DNA of 47,938 nt from Gammaproteobacteria bacterium (GTDB lineage: Bacteria > Pseudomonadota > Gammaproteobacteria > Steroidobacterales > Rariloculaceae). The notes below the pieces were generated by a model. That model was not told the DNA's origin. It did no database searches and saw nothing but the letters and a program-made list of their open reading frames with translations. The position numbers and the translations under genes were made by a program. Shown one piece after another: positions 28,275 to 38,263 of the stretch. Where the stretch lies: positions 1 to 47,938 of the forward strand of contig JAURFX010000002.1 of the NCBI GenBank assembly GCA_030834065.1, read 5' to 3'. How positions within the stretch are numbered: the first letter of the stretch is position 1; each line of letters starts with the position of its first letter.

Positions 28275-28529
28275 ATGGTTGTTTTAAGATTAGCAAGGCA
28301 TGGGGCCAATAAAAGACCTTACTATCACATTATAGTTGCTGATAGTCGCTCTAAAAGAGATGGTAAAAATCTCGAGCGAATAGGATTTTTTAATCCTTTG
28401 GCAAATGACAAAGAGCAGAAGCTAAATATTAATTTAGCACGTGCTAATCATTGGATCGAGCAGGGTGCACAAGTGTCCCACCGCGTTAAAAGTTTAATTA
28501 AGGACTTTCAGACCAGTCAAGTTAGCTAA
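28275..28529 (+). CDS. rpsP: 30S ribosomal protein S16
   Basis: [30 protein letters not shown]. Confidence 0.95.
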   Translation: MVVLRLARHGANKRPYYHIIVADSRSKRDGKNLERIGFFNPLANDKEQKLNINLARANHWIEQGAQVSHRVKSLIKDFQTSQVS

Positions 28530-29042
28530 TTGTCTAATTGGCCAGATCAAAAATTTATCCCCATTGCTAAAATATGCTCTCCCTATGGTTTTAAGGGTTG
28601 GTGCCATATAAGTACTTTTGCAAGCGATCTATCGATTTTGATATCAGGCGAAGAGCTTTATATTGAAGACGGAAAAGAGCTTTCTTTGATCAAGATTGAA
28701 TTGATTTCTAAGATTAGTAATAAGCATATTGTAAAAATCATCGGGTTTGACAGTAAAGAAATGATTAAAATATTAAATCAAAAGCTAATTTATATTCACC
28801 GCGATTCACTTCCTGATTTAAATGAAAATGAATATTATTGGCAAGATATTATTGGATGTAATGTATATGATCAAAATAAGACTCATCTCGGTCAGGTAAC
28901 TCAAATGATTGAAACGGGTGGCAAAGATGTCATGGTAATAAAAGGTGCAAAAAAAGAGGTCCTAATACCCTTTGCTATAAATGTTTATGTCAGCAATGTA
29001 GATATAGAAAATAAAAAAATATTTGTTGAATGGGATGAATGA
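28530..29042 (+). CDS. rimM: 16S rRNA processing protein RimM
   Basis: 170 aa with a TTG start. Contains GKICSPYGFKGW-type and PRC-barrel blocks. Conserved rpsP-rimM-trmD-rplS order. Confidence 0.88.
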   Translation: MSNWPDQKFIPIAKICSPYGFKGWCHISTFASDLSILISGEELYIEDGKELSLIKIELISKISNKHIVKIIGFDSKEMIKILNQKLIYIHRDSLPDLNENEYYWQDIIGCNVYDQNKTHLGQVTQMIETGGKDVMVIKGAKKEVLIPFAINVYVSNVDIENKKIFVEWDE

Positions 29043-29739
29043 TTGCAAATTAAACTTTTCGGTGATTGCGCCAATTCCTGAGATTCTTGATACCCCACTC
29101 AAGTATGGAGTGTTAGGTAGGGCTGTTAAGATGGGTCTTATAGGTATTAATACTTTTTCAATTCGTGAATACGCTTCATCTCCCAATAATAAAATTGATG
29201 ATCATATCTATGGAGGCGGAGCAGGGATGGCGCTCATGTATGAGCCTATAAAAAAAGCTCTCCTAGATGCAATCAGAGCTATGGAAAGCCCTGTCATCTA
29301 TGTTTTATCTGCTGGTGGTCGAAAATTTAATCATGAGGTTGCTCATGAAATGATCAATAACAGGAATAACATCTTAATATGTGTTCGATATGAAGGAATT
29401 GATGAAAGGGTATATGAAATCTGTTCTATGGAAGAGTTATCGGTAGGAGATTTTATTCTCTCTGGTGGTGAACTTGCAGCTCTCTCGGTGATTGATGCTA
29501 CGTCAAGATTAGTCCCAGGAGTGCTTGGAAATGAAGTCTCTCTCGATGAGGAATCATTTAAGGATGGGCTCTTAGATTATCCAGTTTATACTCGTCCTGA
29601 AGAAATTGATGGAATGAAAGTTCCAGAGGTCCTGCTAAGCGGTGACCATAAAAAAATTAAAATTTGGAGAGATGACATGAGGCTCCAGAGAACCCGAAAA
29701 TATCGACCTGATTTGTTACATTTGATAAAAAAAACATAA
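29035..29739 (+). CDS. trmD: tRNA (guanine37-N1)-methyltransferase
   Basis: Track ORF runs from TTG 29023; ATG 29035 is more likely. Contains GVLGRAVK, YGGGAGMALM, CVRYEGIDERV, GDFILSGGELAA and LLSGDHKKI. Confidence 0.92.
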   Translation: MNDCKLNFSVIAPIPEILDTPLKYGVLGRAVKMGLIGINTFSIREYASSPNNKIDDHIYGGGAGMALMYEPIKKALLDAIRAMESPVIYVLSAGGRKFNHEVAHEMINNRNNILICVRYEGIDERVYEICSMEELSVGDFILSGGELAALSVIDATSRLVPGVLGNEVSLDEESFKDGLLDYPVYTRPEEIDGMKVPEVLLSGDHKKIKIWRDDMRLQRTRKYRPDLLHLIKKT

Positions 29740-29838
29740 GGCTGAGTAGCTTTATAACACCAATCCTAAGAAGATTTATGTATGTTTTTCATGCCAGTTG
29801 TTATAAAATGCATTTTTTAAAATTATCCCTTTAATAAG

Positions 29839-30186
29839 ATGTCTAAAATTATAGAAGATTTAAATAAAGAGCAGCTTAAAACCGATCTGCCAGACTTTAG
29901 ACCTGGAGATACAGTTGTTGTTCAAGTGAAAGTAAGCGAAGGCAATCGAGAGCGCCTTCAAGCTTATGAAGGTGTAGTGATTGCAAAGAAAAATCGTGGT
30001 ATTAATTCCTCTTTTACCGTGAGAAAAATTTCTCATGGTGAAGGTGTAGAGAGGGTTTTCCAGACCCATAGTCCCCTCATTGATAGCGTTAAGATCCAAC
30101 GTAGGGGTGATGTGAGAAGAGCAAAACTTTATTACCTAAGAGAAAGAAGCGGTAAATCTGCAAGAATTAAAGAAAAGCTTAACTAA
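29839..30186 (+). CDS. rplS: 50S ribosomal protein L19
   Basis: 115 aa with [35 protein letters not shown]. Confidence 0.95.
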   Translation: MSKIIEDLNKEQLKTDLPDFRPGDTVVVQVKVSEGNRERLQAYEGVVIAKKNRGINSSFTVRKISHGEGVERVFQTHSPLIDSVKIQRRGDVRRAKLYYLRERSGKSARIKEKLN

Positions 30187-30232
30187 AAGACTTTTTTTAA
30201 CCCTGGATTCTTTAGTAAACTCATAATTAATT

Positions 30233-31099
30233 ATGACTAGAATCATTTATTTCTCATTCATAGCTTTCCTTTTGAGTGGATGCATCACCGTAGATCTTCC
30301 AATACCTGTCGATGGGGAAATTCCTACCTTGGTAGGTAATTCCATCACGGCACAAAAAGACCCTTCAATCGTATTCTCAGCTTTACCCACATACATTATT
30401 GTTAATGATGCTTTGATTGCCAATAATCCTGAGAATATAGATTATTTATTCAGTGGATCCTCACTCTATTCGCTTTATTCAACCTTTTATGCTGATTTAG
30501 GGGATCAAGAGCGAGCGCTTGAGCTAGCAGAGCGCTCTTATTTGTATGCTTCAAGCGCATTATGCTTAGTTGATGCCATTTTGTGCACATCAATTAATGA
30601 GAGAGATTTTATATCCTTTTCTGGGTCATTAGGTTCTGCTCATGTTGATAGTCTTGATTCGATATGGCTGTTTACTCTCTCTTGGTCAAATCTTATTCGA
30701 ACTCAAGGAGCTACCTGGGAAAGCATTGCTTTTTTGCCATGGTTACAAATGCTTTTAGAGACCGTAATAGCAATTGATCCATACTATCAAAATGGATCCC
30801 CCTATGAAATTTTAGCAATAACTCAATCTCTTATTCCGCCCTCATTAGGCGGAAAGCTTGATCAAGCTAACGAAAATTTTAACTTTGCCTTTGAGCATTC
30901 TAATGGAGAAAACCTAGGGGCAAGAGTGAGTTATGCGGAATATTATGCAAGAGCTATTTTTGATCAAGAGCTTCATGATCAAGTTTTAACTGAGGTCATC
31001 GAAAGTAATATTGAAAGCAAAGCTTTTAACCTATTTAATACAAAAGCGAAAGAGCGAGCTTTGTATTTACTTGAGGGCAGTGATGAATATTTTAATTAA
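30233..31099 (+). CDS. TatT-family TPR-like lipoprotein (T component of TPAT-type TRAP transporters)
   Basis: 288 aa with lipobox LSGC. All-helical composition. Lies immediately upstream of, and overlaps, the DctP/Q/M genes. The family assignment is from memory of the Treponema TatT architecture. Confidence 0.65.
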   Translation: MTRIIYFSFIAFLLSGCITVDLPIPVDGEIPTLVGNSITAQKDPSIVFSALPTYIIVNDALIANNPENIDYLFSGSSLYSLYSTFYADLGDQERALELAERSYLYASSALCLVDAILCTSINERDFISFSGSLGSAHVDSLDSIWLFTLSWSNLIRTQGATWESIAFLPWLQMLLETVIAIDPYYQNGSPYEILAITQSLIPPSLGGKLDQANENFNFAFEHSNGENLGARVSYAEYYARAIFDQELHDQVLTEVIESNIESKAFNLFNTKAKERALYLLEGSDEYFN

Positions 31100-32084
31100 A
31101 AATCTTTTATTGGTTTTTTCTATATTCTTTTTCAATCCAATATGGGGACAAAATACTGAATTTAAAATAGCAACACTTGCTCCTGAAGGTTCTGCATGGA
31201 TGCAACGATTTAGTACCGCAGCAGATGATATTTATGAGCAAACCGATGGAAGGGTTTCTATTAGATACTATGCCGGCGGGGTCATGGGAGATGAGAATCA
31301 AGTATTGCAAAAAATGAGATTTGGTCAGTTAAATGGAGGAATGTTTACTGCATCAGGATTAATACAAAGATATGCGGGGTTAAATAACTATACTATTCCC
31401 TTTCTATTTAGAGATACGGAAGAGGTCAATAACGTTCGAGAGCGATATGATCAGATTTTAATTGATCAGTTAGGTGATGCTGGTTTAAAAAGCTTTGGGC
31501 TTATAACAGGAGGGTATGCATATGTTTTTTCTAAAGAGCCAATAAGGAATTTACAGCAGCTTTCCTCATTAAGGGTTTGGTCTCCAGAAGGTGACCCTAT
31601 CAGCTTTTCTGCTCTAGAAGCTTTAGATTTATCCCCAATAGAAATGCCTATCAGCGATGTATTATTGGGGTTGCAGACCGGTCTTGTTGATATTGTAAGT
31701 GCAACAACTTCTGCAGCGCTAATTCTCCAATGGCACACCATTGTGAGGTATATGGTAGATTTACCTATTTTGTATACCATTGGAACGCTGGTAATCGATA
31801 ACCGAGCATTCAATAGATTAAGTCCCCAAGATCAATTGATTGTAGCAACCCATTTAAATAATGCATCCTTAGATTTAGATGCTCTTGCAGAAAGTGATCA
31901 TCAGCAAGCGTTAAACGTTTTAAGTCAATTCGGTTTACAAATTACCTCCATTGATCAAAATTCTTTAGATCAATGGTATGCCAGGGTAGATGAGGGGATA
32001 GATCAGATAAGATTAAATCGAAATATTGATACAGAATCCCTAGAAAGTATTTACTCAATCTTAAATGAGTATAGAGCTCAATAA
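31083..32084 (+). CDS. TRAP transporter periplasmic solute-binding protein (DctP family)
   Basis: ATG 31083 gives signal peptide MNILIKNLLLVFSIFFFNPIWGQ (track start is 31011). FKIATLAPEGSAWM ... YAGGVMGDE are typical DctP-family blocks. Confidence 0.85.
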   Translation: MNILIKNLLLVFSIFFFNPIWGQNTEFKIATLAPEGSAWMQRFSTAADDIYEQTDGRVSIRYYAGGVMGDENQVLQKMRFGQLNGGMFTASGLIQRYAGLNNYTIPFLFRDTEEVNNVRERYDQILIDQLGDAGLKSFGLITGGYAYVFSKEPIRNLQQLSSLRVWSPEGDPISFSALEALDLSPIEMPISDVLLGLQTGLVDIVSATTSAALILQWHTIVRYMVDLPILYTIGTLVIDNRAFNRLSPQDQLIVATHLNNASLDLDALAESDHQQALNVLSQFGLQITSIDQNSLDQWYARVDEGIDQIRLNRNIDTESLESIYSILNEYRAQ

Positions 32085-32086
32085 AC

Positions 32087-32578
32087 GTGAAATTGTTCAT
32101 TGATCGGTGCGCAGCCTTAGGGGATAAGCTAAGGAAAGCAGAATCATTATTTTGTACCTTTCTTATTGGTGTAATCGTAATTATCATTACACTCCAAGTG
32201 CTCTCTAGAAATTTTTTTTCTTATTCAATCCAAGGTCTCGATGCGATAGTAAGAATGATGACATTTTATATTGCGATGTTTGGTGCCATCCTTGCCACAC
32301 ATTTCCAGCGACACATTAGCATTGATACATTTAGTCGTTTTGCTTCAGCCAAGTATAGGTATTTTCTTGAATGCATCATAGATATTTGGTGTCTAATTAT
32401 TGCTTTTAGTCTCTTTTATTTTTCTTTAGAGTTAGTTCAAAGTAGTTTTGAGTTTGGTGATATTTATACTGGCGAGATTAGCCTTTGGATTTTACAGTTG
32501 ATTATTCCTTATATGTTTTTCAATCATTTTATGATTCATCTAACGAATCTAATAAATACACTTGCTAGAAAAAAATGA
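32087..32578 (+). CDS. TRAP transporter small permease (DctQ family)
   Basis: 163 aa with a GTG start and 4 TM segments. Sits between the DctP and DctM genes. Confidence 0.8.
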   Translation: MKLFIDRCAALGDKLRKAESLFCTFLIGVIVIIITLQVLSRNFFSYSIQGLDAIVRMMTFYIAMFGAILATHFQRHISIDTFSRFASAKYRYFLECIIDIWCLIIAFSLFYFSLELVQSSFEFGDIYTGEISLWILQLIIPYMFFNHFMIHLTNLINTLARKK

Positions 32579-33819
32579 TCTTTTTATTATTTTTATTGCT
32601 CTTCATTATAGGCGTACCAATATACTCCTTGATAGCAGGCATGGCTCTCACATCTTATTCTGAAGCTGAAATTCCTCTTGTAGTTATAATTCTTGAATTT
32701 TTTAATATGTCCAATATTCCAATGTTATTAGCACTTCCACTATTTACACTGACGGGATACCTTTTAGCAAAATCAGAGGCACCTAAGAGACTCATTTATT
32801 TCTCAAGTACCTTTTTTAAACTAATTCCAAATAATCTAATTTTCTTATCACTATTTTTAGCTATCTTTTTTGGGGCTATTACAGGCTCTTCTGGAATTAC
32901 TATTATTGCATTTGGTTCTTTGCTTTATTCATTGCTTAATGATCGGTTTAGCAATAATTATTTGTATGGATTCATAACAACTTCTGGTGGCTTAGGATTA
33001 TTATTTGCCCCTTCTCTTCCGATGATCTTGTATGCCATCATCGCTGAAATTCCCGTCTATGACTTTTTTAGATTTGCAATTATGCCTGGAACGGTATTAA
33101 TTTTTATTTTCTACTTACACTCAATATTTTTATCAAAAGGCTCTACCCAAAAAAGAAATTTAAATATAAAGGCTCCAAAAAATAATAAAAAAATAGCTAT
33201 GTGGCTTGAGGTATTTTTGCCTATTGCTGTCGTTATGACTATTTATAATGGGTTGCTTGCTATTACAGAGATTGCGGCGTTTTCTGTTCTCTATATTTTT
33301 ATTGTTGAGTTTTTCATATCAAAAGATCTTAAGAAAGAAGATATAATTATTGCAGTTCAAGAGTCTATGACTCTTGTCGGCGCGATATTTATTATCCTAG
33401 GTCTTTCTCTAGCTTCGACAAATATAATTATTGATCAGCAAATTCCTCAATTAATATTTGAGTATATGTCCCAAATTGTCGGATCAAAATTTTCTTTTTT
33501 TGTATTTCTAATTATTTTTCTTTTACTGATTGGCGCCATCTTAGACATATATTCGGCCATAATTATTGTGCTACCAATTCTACTTCCTCTAGCCACTTTA
33601 TACGAAGTGAACAGCATACATTTAGGTATATTATTTATCTTGTTAATGGAGATTGGTTTTATAACCCCTCCTATTGGGCTCAATTTATTTATTGCCTCCA
33701 ATAAATTTCAAAAAAGCATTACACAGATCTATATTTCAACAATACCATTTTTTGTAATACTGCTTCTTTTTGTACTTCTTGTAGCTTATTTTCCTGCGCT
33801 TTTCCTATTGCCTCATTAA
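32575..33819 (+). CDS. TRAP transporter large permease (DctM family)
   Basis: 414-aa polytopic membrane protein with a ...EIGFITPPIGLNLF... block. Overlaps dctQ by 4 nt. Confidence 0.85.
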   Translation: MIFLLFLLLFIIGVPIYSLIAGMALTSYSEAEIPLVVIILEFFNMSNIPMLLALPLFTLTGYLLAKSEAPKRLIYFSSTFFKLIPNNLIFLSLFLAIFFGAITGSSGITIIAFGSLLYSLLNDRFSNNYLYGFITTSGGLGLLFAPSLPMILYAIIAEIPVYDFFRFAIMPGTVLIFIFYLHSIFLSKGSTQKRNLNIKAPKNNKKIAMWLEVFLPIAVVMTIYNGLLAITEIAAFSVLYIFIVEFFISKDLKKEDIIIAVQESMTLVGAIFIILGLSLASTNIIIDQQIPQLIFEYMSQIVGSKFSFFVFLIIFLLLIGAILDIYSAIIIVLPILLPLATLYEVNSIHLGILFILLMEIGFITPPIGLNLFIASNKFQKSITQIYISTIPFFVILLLFVLLVAYFPALFLLPH

Positions 33820-34295
33820 AAAATGATTGACTCATGCGCATGAATCAATGCGTCAAAGGTAAATTTATTATTCGCAGTTTCTTTTAGGTTAATGGCAATC
33901 ATTCCTGATGTATTAATGACAACATTCTGATCTAAATAGAAAGAGCTAATTTTAGAGAGCGAGGGGTTATGCCCAATGATCATTAAAGTTTCAAATATTT
34001 GTAGCTTATTTTCAATTAACTCTAATATTTCATCAGATAAATTTTGGTAGAGCTTTGCATCAAGCTCTTTTGGAAGGACTAGATTTAGATTAGCTTCGAC
34101 GGAATTGCATGTTTCTTGCGTTCTTATAGAATGACTCACTATTACATGATCAATATAAATATTTAATAGTTTGATTGAATTAGCTAGGAGAGCGCATTGT
34201 TCAAAGCCTTTTGGTGAGAGACTCCGATTGATATCCTTTTCAAGGGCGCGGGCAGATAAAGAATCAGCATGCCTCACAAGAAGGAGTTTTTTCAC
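33816..34295 (-). CDS. sixA: SixA-like histidine phosphatase superfamily protein
   Basis: 159 aa with a GTG start. LLLVRHADS (RHG-type motif), VSHSIRTQET and IIGHNPSLS. The start overlaps the sufT stop by 1 nt. Confidence 0.7.
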   Translation of the reverse strand: MKKLLLVRHADSLSARALEKDINRSLSPKGFEQCALLANSIKLLNIYIDHVIVSHSIRTQETCNSVEANLNLVLPKELDAKLYQNLSDEILELIENKLQIFETLMIIGHNPSLSKISSFYLDQNVVINTSGMIAINLKETANNKFTFDALIHAHESIIF

Positions 34296-34849
34296 TAAAG
34301 CATTCCCGTTTGCAGCTTTGCCTCATCAGACATCATAGACTGGTTCCATGGCGGGTCAAAAACTAACTCAACATTGCAAGTAGATATACATGAGAGGCCT
34401 TCAATCTTCTCTTTAATATCTTGCATGAGAATAGGGCCCATTCCACATCCAGGAGCAGTTAATGTCATATCAATAATTACTTGATAGTTTTCATCAGTGT
34501 CCTTTTCATGCAAGACCTCGCATTTATAAATAAGTCCTAAATCAACAATATTGACAGGAATTTCTGGGTCGTAACATGTTTTGAGTTGTTGCCAAATAAT
34601 TTCACTCACATGATCATAATCCTTAGGATTTTGAATTATTGGTATTATGATTGCCTCTTTACCAATCGCATCAGCGTCTTTACCTGATAGTCTAAAAAGA
34701 TTCCCTTCTATGTAGATAGTAAAAGACCCTCCAAGTTCTTGTGTAATATAACCAAAAGCACCTTCTGGAAGTTCTACTTCATCACCATTTGGTATCAATG
34801 TGACAGAGCAATTTCTATTAAAAGTTACAGGTTCATTTGTGTGATACAT
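34295..34849 (-). CDS. sufT: Fe-S assembly protein SufT (N-domain + DUF59/MIP18)
   Basis: 184 aa with ITQELGGSFTIYIEG ... DPEIPVNIVDLGLIY ... LTAPGCGMGP. Confidence 0.8.
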   Translation of the reverse strand: MYHTNEPVTFNRNCSVTLIPNGDEVELPEGAFGYITQELGGSFTIYIEGNLFRLSGKDADAIGKEAIIIPIIQNPKDYDHVSEIIWQQLKTCYDPEIPVNIVDLGLIYKCEVLHEKDTDENYQVIIDMTLTAPGCGMGPILMQDIKEKIEGLSCISTCNVELVFDPPWNQSMMSDEAKLQTGML

Positions 34850-35295
34850 TATTCTGTTGATGCCGTTAGCTGGTTAGTTGATAGTGCTTGTTTAAGAGCG
34901 TGCCATGAGAGACTTGCGCACTTCACACGACTTGGGTAGGCTTTGACACCAGATAAAGCCATAATTTTTCCAAGACGCTCTACATCAATTTCATCTTTTC
35001 CTATGAGCATACTATGTACCATGGCATACAGCTCTAGGCATTGATTAACATCCAAACCCTTCGCATTTTCAGTCATCATCGATGCGCTTGCGACAGAAAT
35101 CGCACAACCTGTTCCAATAAAAGAAATATCTTTAATCAGGTCATTTTCTAGCAATAAAAATAATTTTAATTTATCCCCACAAAGTGGATTGACCCCCTCT
35201 ATTGATTTAGTAGCGTTTTGAAGCTCACCAAAATTACGAGGATTTTTATTATGGTCCAAAATAAGATCTCTGTATAGTTCAATTAAGTTGCTCAT
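34849..35295 (-). CDS. sufU: SufU-type (IscU-like, Zn-dependent) sulfur acceptor
   Basis: 148 aa with LYRDLILDHNKNPRNFG, NPLCGDKLKLF, GTGCAISVASASMMTE and YPSRVKCASLSWHAL. Close to B. subtilis SufU as I recall it. Confidence 0.88.
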   Translation of the reverse strand: MSNLIELYRDLILDHNKNPRNFGELQNATKSIEGVNPLCGDKLKLFLLLENDLIKDISFIGTGCAISVASASMMTENAKGLDVNQCLELYAMVHSMLIGKDEIDVERLGKIMALSGVKAYPSRVKCASLSWHALKQALSTNQLTASTE

Positions 35296-36500
35296 TGAAA
35301 TATTCTCTTTGTATCCTCAATAGCATTGCAAAGCTGATCAATATCTTCTTTATCATTATAGAGTGATAGAGATGCCCTTGCTGTTGCCGGAAGCTTAAGA
35401 TGTTCCATTAAGGGCATTGCGCAATGATGGCCAGCTCGAATAGCAACACCATGCTCATCCAGTATTGTAGCGATATCATGGGGGTGCGCAGCGTCGAGGA
35501 CAAAGGAAGCAATTGCAGATCTTTTGCTAGGATTGCCAATAATCCTAAGCCCATGAATTGTTGATAGAGATTCAATTAAATATTTAGTTAAACTATTTTC
35601 ATAATTTAATTTTTCATCCCAACTAAATTGGCTAAGGTAATCAATGGCATATCCAAGCCCAATGACACCAGAAATATTAGGGGTCCCTGCCTCAAATTTG
35701 TAAGGGGGAGAATTAAAAGTAGTTTTTTCAAAAGATACTGTTTTAATCATGTCACCCCCTGTCATAAAAGGTGGCATTGCAGTTAGATGTGCGTATTTTC
35801 CATATAAAATGCCTGTTCCAGTTGGACCATGAATTTTATGAGCAGAGAAGGTAAGAAAATCACATCCAAGCTGAGTAACATCAATTGGCAAATGAGCAAT
35901 AGACTGTGCAGCATCTATGATTGTGATTGCTCCATACTTTTTTGCGTTTTTAATCATTGTTTCAATTGGATTAATTGAGCCGAGAACATTAGAGATATGG
36001 GAAATAGAAACAATTTTTGTTCTAGGTGAAAGCAATGAATTAAAAGCATCTAATTCTATATCACCATTTTGATCTATCGGACAAACAACAAGTTTTGCTC
36101 CCGTAATTTGGCACGCTTGTTGCCAGGGCACTATATTTGCATGATGTTCTGCAGTAGATATTACTATCTCATCATTTTTATGGATATATAACTTTGCGAG
36201 TGATGTTGCTAAAAGGTTAATACTTTCAGTTGTACCTTTGGTATATATAATTTCATCGACTTGTTCTGCATGAATATAATTTTTTATTTTCTCTCTTACT
36301 TTTTCATACTCATAAGTAGCCTCTTGAGACAAACGATGAATACCACGATGTACATTAGCATGCAAATTCATTTCATAATGACTTAGGGCATCGATTACAG
36401 CTTTAGGTTTTTGAGTAGATGCCGCATTATCAAGATATGAAAGTCTTTTTCCATTAACTTTTTTTGACAGAATTGGAAAATCCTTTTTTATTGACTTCAT
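35292..36500 (-). CDS. sufS: cysteine desulfurase SufS
   Basis: 402 aa with YLDNAASTQKP, FSAHKIHGPTG (PLP Lys) and RAGHHCAMPL (active-site Cys loop). Confidence 0.92.
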   Translation of the reverse strand: MKSIKKDFPILSKKVNGKRLSYLDNAASTQKPKAVIDALSHYEMNLHANVHRGIHRLSQEATYEYEKVREKIKNYIHAEQVDEIIYTKGTTESINLLATSLAKLYIHKNDEIVISTAEHHANIVPWQQACQITGAKLVVCPIDQNGDIELDAFNSLLSPRTKIVSISHISNVLGSINPIETMIKNAKKYGAITIIDAAQSIAHLPIDVTQLGCDFLTFSAHKIHGPTGTGILYGKYAHLTAMPPFMTGGDMIKTVSFEKTTFNSPPYKFEAGTPNISGVIGLGYAIDYLSQFSWDEKLNYENSLTKYLIESLSTIHGLRIIGNPSKRSAIASFVLDAAHPHDIATILDEHGVAIRAGHHCAMPLMEHLKLPATARASLSLYNDKEDIDQLCNAIEDTKRIFQ

Positions 36501-36509
36501 AGTATTCTC

Positions 36510-37526
36510 TTAATTTAGCAATGATCTAATTAATTGGTTTTTTTCATGGGGCAATATATCGTTAAGCAATCCTTCAATAATCATATTTATAGCAAGTTTT
36601 TTTTCAATACCTCTTGCCATAAGATAGGCGAGCTGGTTTTCATTAATCATGCCAACACTTGATCCATGAGAACACCTTATGCTATCGGTATATATTTCAA
36701 GAATAGGAAAAGACTTAATATTTGCATCATCTGAGAGTAATAGGTTTTTGCTTAACTGATCAGCCTCAATATTATATATATTTTTTTCAGCAAATATTGT
36801 TCCATGAAACTTTCCCGAAGACTCTCCATTTGCAATAAGATTATGTCTTTGTTTGCTAATCGTTGAGGAAGCATGATGAGCAATTTTAAGTATATGTGAA
36901 AAGTTTGCTTTTTCATCAAGTTGAATAGCTTCAGCAAAGTTACATTTTGCGTTTTCTCCATTCAGTTTGATTGTAGAATCAATCTTGACATGGCTTAGCG
37001 GCCTTTGAATGGAACTATATTCATATGAAGCATTGTCAGCTATATTACAACTTAGATCTTTTTCAATATTAGTATTTTTATTAAATTTAGATATATAAAT
37101 GTGATGTACTTTCGAGTTCAATGATAAAAGAAATTCAATATTTTTATTTATACTCACCTCAATATCATTATTTTTATCAAGATCAATCTCTTGAAAAAAT
37201 AAGCTTGTATCTGAAACGCATTCTATGATTATTTTTGGCAATAAATAACTATCATGATGGATAATTGAAAAGAAGTTTAAATTAATAGTTTCACTATTTT
37301 TATGCGTTGTTAAACGTAAAATATCATTATTGCTGTCATAGTTAATATCAAGCTTACTGATAAGGCGATCATCAATAATTAATTTTTCTTTATCACATAT
37401 AATATGACGTCCAGACATTATAGGTATTCGCATAGAGTTTAGCTTTTCCTCTATCTCCACTTCTTGAATCAGTTCTCTTGATTTGATCGTGCTATTTATT
37501 AGAGTAGCGCTCATAACTAAACCCAA
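36510..37526 (-). CDS. sufD: Fe-S assembly protein SufD (short, divergent)
   Basis: 338 aa. The C-terminal beta-helix block PILEIYTDSIRCSHGSSVGMINENQLAYLMARGI is SufB/D-like. The N-terminal half is very Asn/Ile/Lys-rich. Located between sufC and sufS. Confidence 0.78.
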   Translation of the reverse strand: MGLVMSATLINSTIKSRELIQEVEIEEKLNSMRIPIMSGRHIICDKEKLIIDDRLISKLDINYDSNNDILRLTTHKNSETINLNFFSIIHHDSYLLPKIIIECVSDTSLFFQEIDLDKNNDIEVSINKNIEFLLSLNSKVHHIYISKFNKNTNIEKDLSCNIADNASYEYSSIQRPLSHVKIDSTIKLNGENAKCNFAEAIQLDEKANFSHILKIAHHASSTISKQRHNLIANGESSGKFHGTIFAEKNIYNIEADQLSKNLLLSDDANIKSFPILEIYTDSIRCSHGSSVGMINENQLAYLMARGIEKKLAINMIIEGLLNDILPHEKNQLIRSLLN

Positions 37527-38263
37527 TCAAAGCCTTTTTTATCTAGCTCATCAGCAAGCGTCGCATTACCGGTTTTAACTATAGTGCCATTAGCGATTAC
37601 ATGAACTAAATCAGGTTTTATTAATTCTAATAATCTTTTGTAGTGAGTAATGATTAAAAATGATCTTTCTGAGTCTCTTAATTCATTGACCCCATTAGAA
37701 ACAATTTTTAAGGCATCTACATCTAATCCAGAGTCCGTCTCATCCAGAATGCAAAGTTTTGGCTCTAGAAGTAACATCTGTAATACTTCATTTTTTTTCT
37801 TCTCACCGCCTGAGAAGCCCTCATTTACTGAACGATGAATAAATTCATCAGAGATATTCATTTTATTCATCAAGGTTTTAATCAACTTTAAGAAATCAAA
37901 TGAATCAATTTCATCTTTGCCCTCAGACTTTAATTTTGCATTCAACGCCGAGCGTAATAGGTAAGTATTATTAACACCTGGTATCTCAATAGGGTATTGA
38001 AATGCAAGAAAGATTCCCAGGAGGGCTCGTTCATTAATCTCTAAATCATTAATTAGAGAGCCATTAAATTTAATCTTTCCAGAATTAATAGAATAATTAC
38101 TATTTCCTATGATTGCCTGAGCTAATGAGCTTTTTCCAGCACCATTTTTCCCCATGACTGCATGTACTTCTCCTGGATTAATCTTAAGCGAAAAGTCATT
38201 TAAGATAATTTTATTTTCTACCGATACATTTAATTTTTCTATTTCTAACATACTCTTAACCAA
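37517..38263 (-). CDS. sufC: Fe-S assembly ATPase SufC
   Basis: 248 aa with [20 protein letters not shown] and [14 protein letters not shown]. Confidence 0.95.
   Translation of the reverse strand: MVKSMLEIEKLNVSVENKIILNDFSLKINPGEVHAVMGKNGAGKSSLAQAIIGNSNYSINSGKIKFNGSLINDLEINERALLGIFLAFQYPIEIPGVNNTYLLRSALNAKLKSEGKDEIDSFDFLKLIKTLMNKMNISDEFIHRSVNEGFSGGEKKKNEVLQMLLLEPKLCILDETDSGLDVDALKIVSNGVNELRDSERSFLIITHYKRLLELIKPDLVHVIANGTIVKTGNATLADELDKKGFDWV

Noticed and set aside
29805-29816. 12-bp palindrome AAAATGCATTTT, plus a distal TTTATAACA/TGTTATAAA inverted repeat, in the trmD-rplS spacer. Considered as a possible L19 leader or terminator.
   Set aside because: The palindrome has no loop and the distal stem has a loop of about 38 nt. 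There is no GC-rich stem or T-tract. The known L19 leader is a Firmicute element. The evidence is insufficient.
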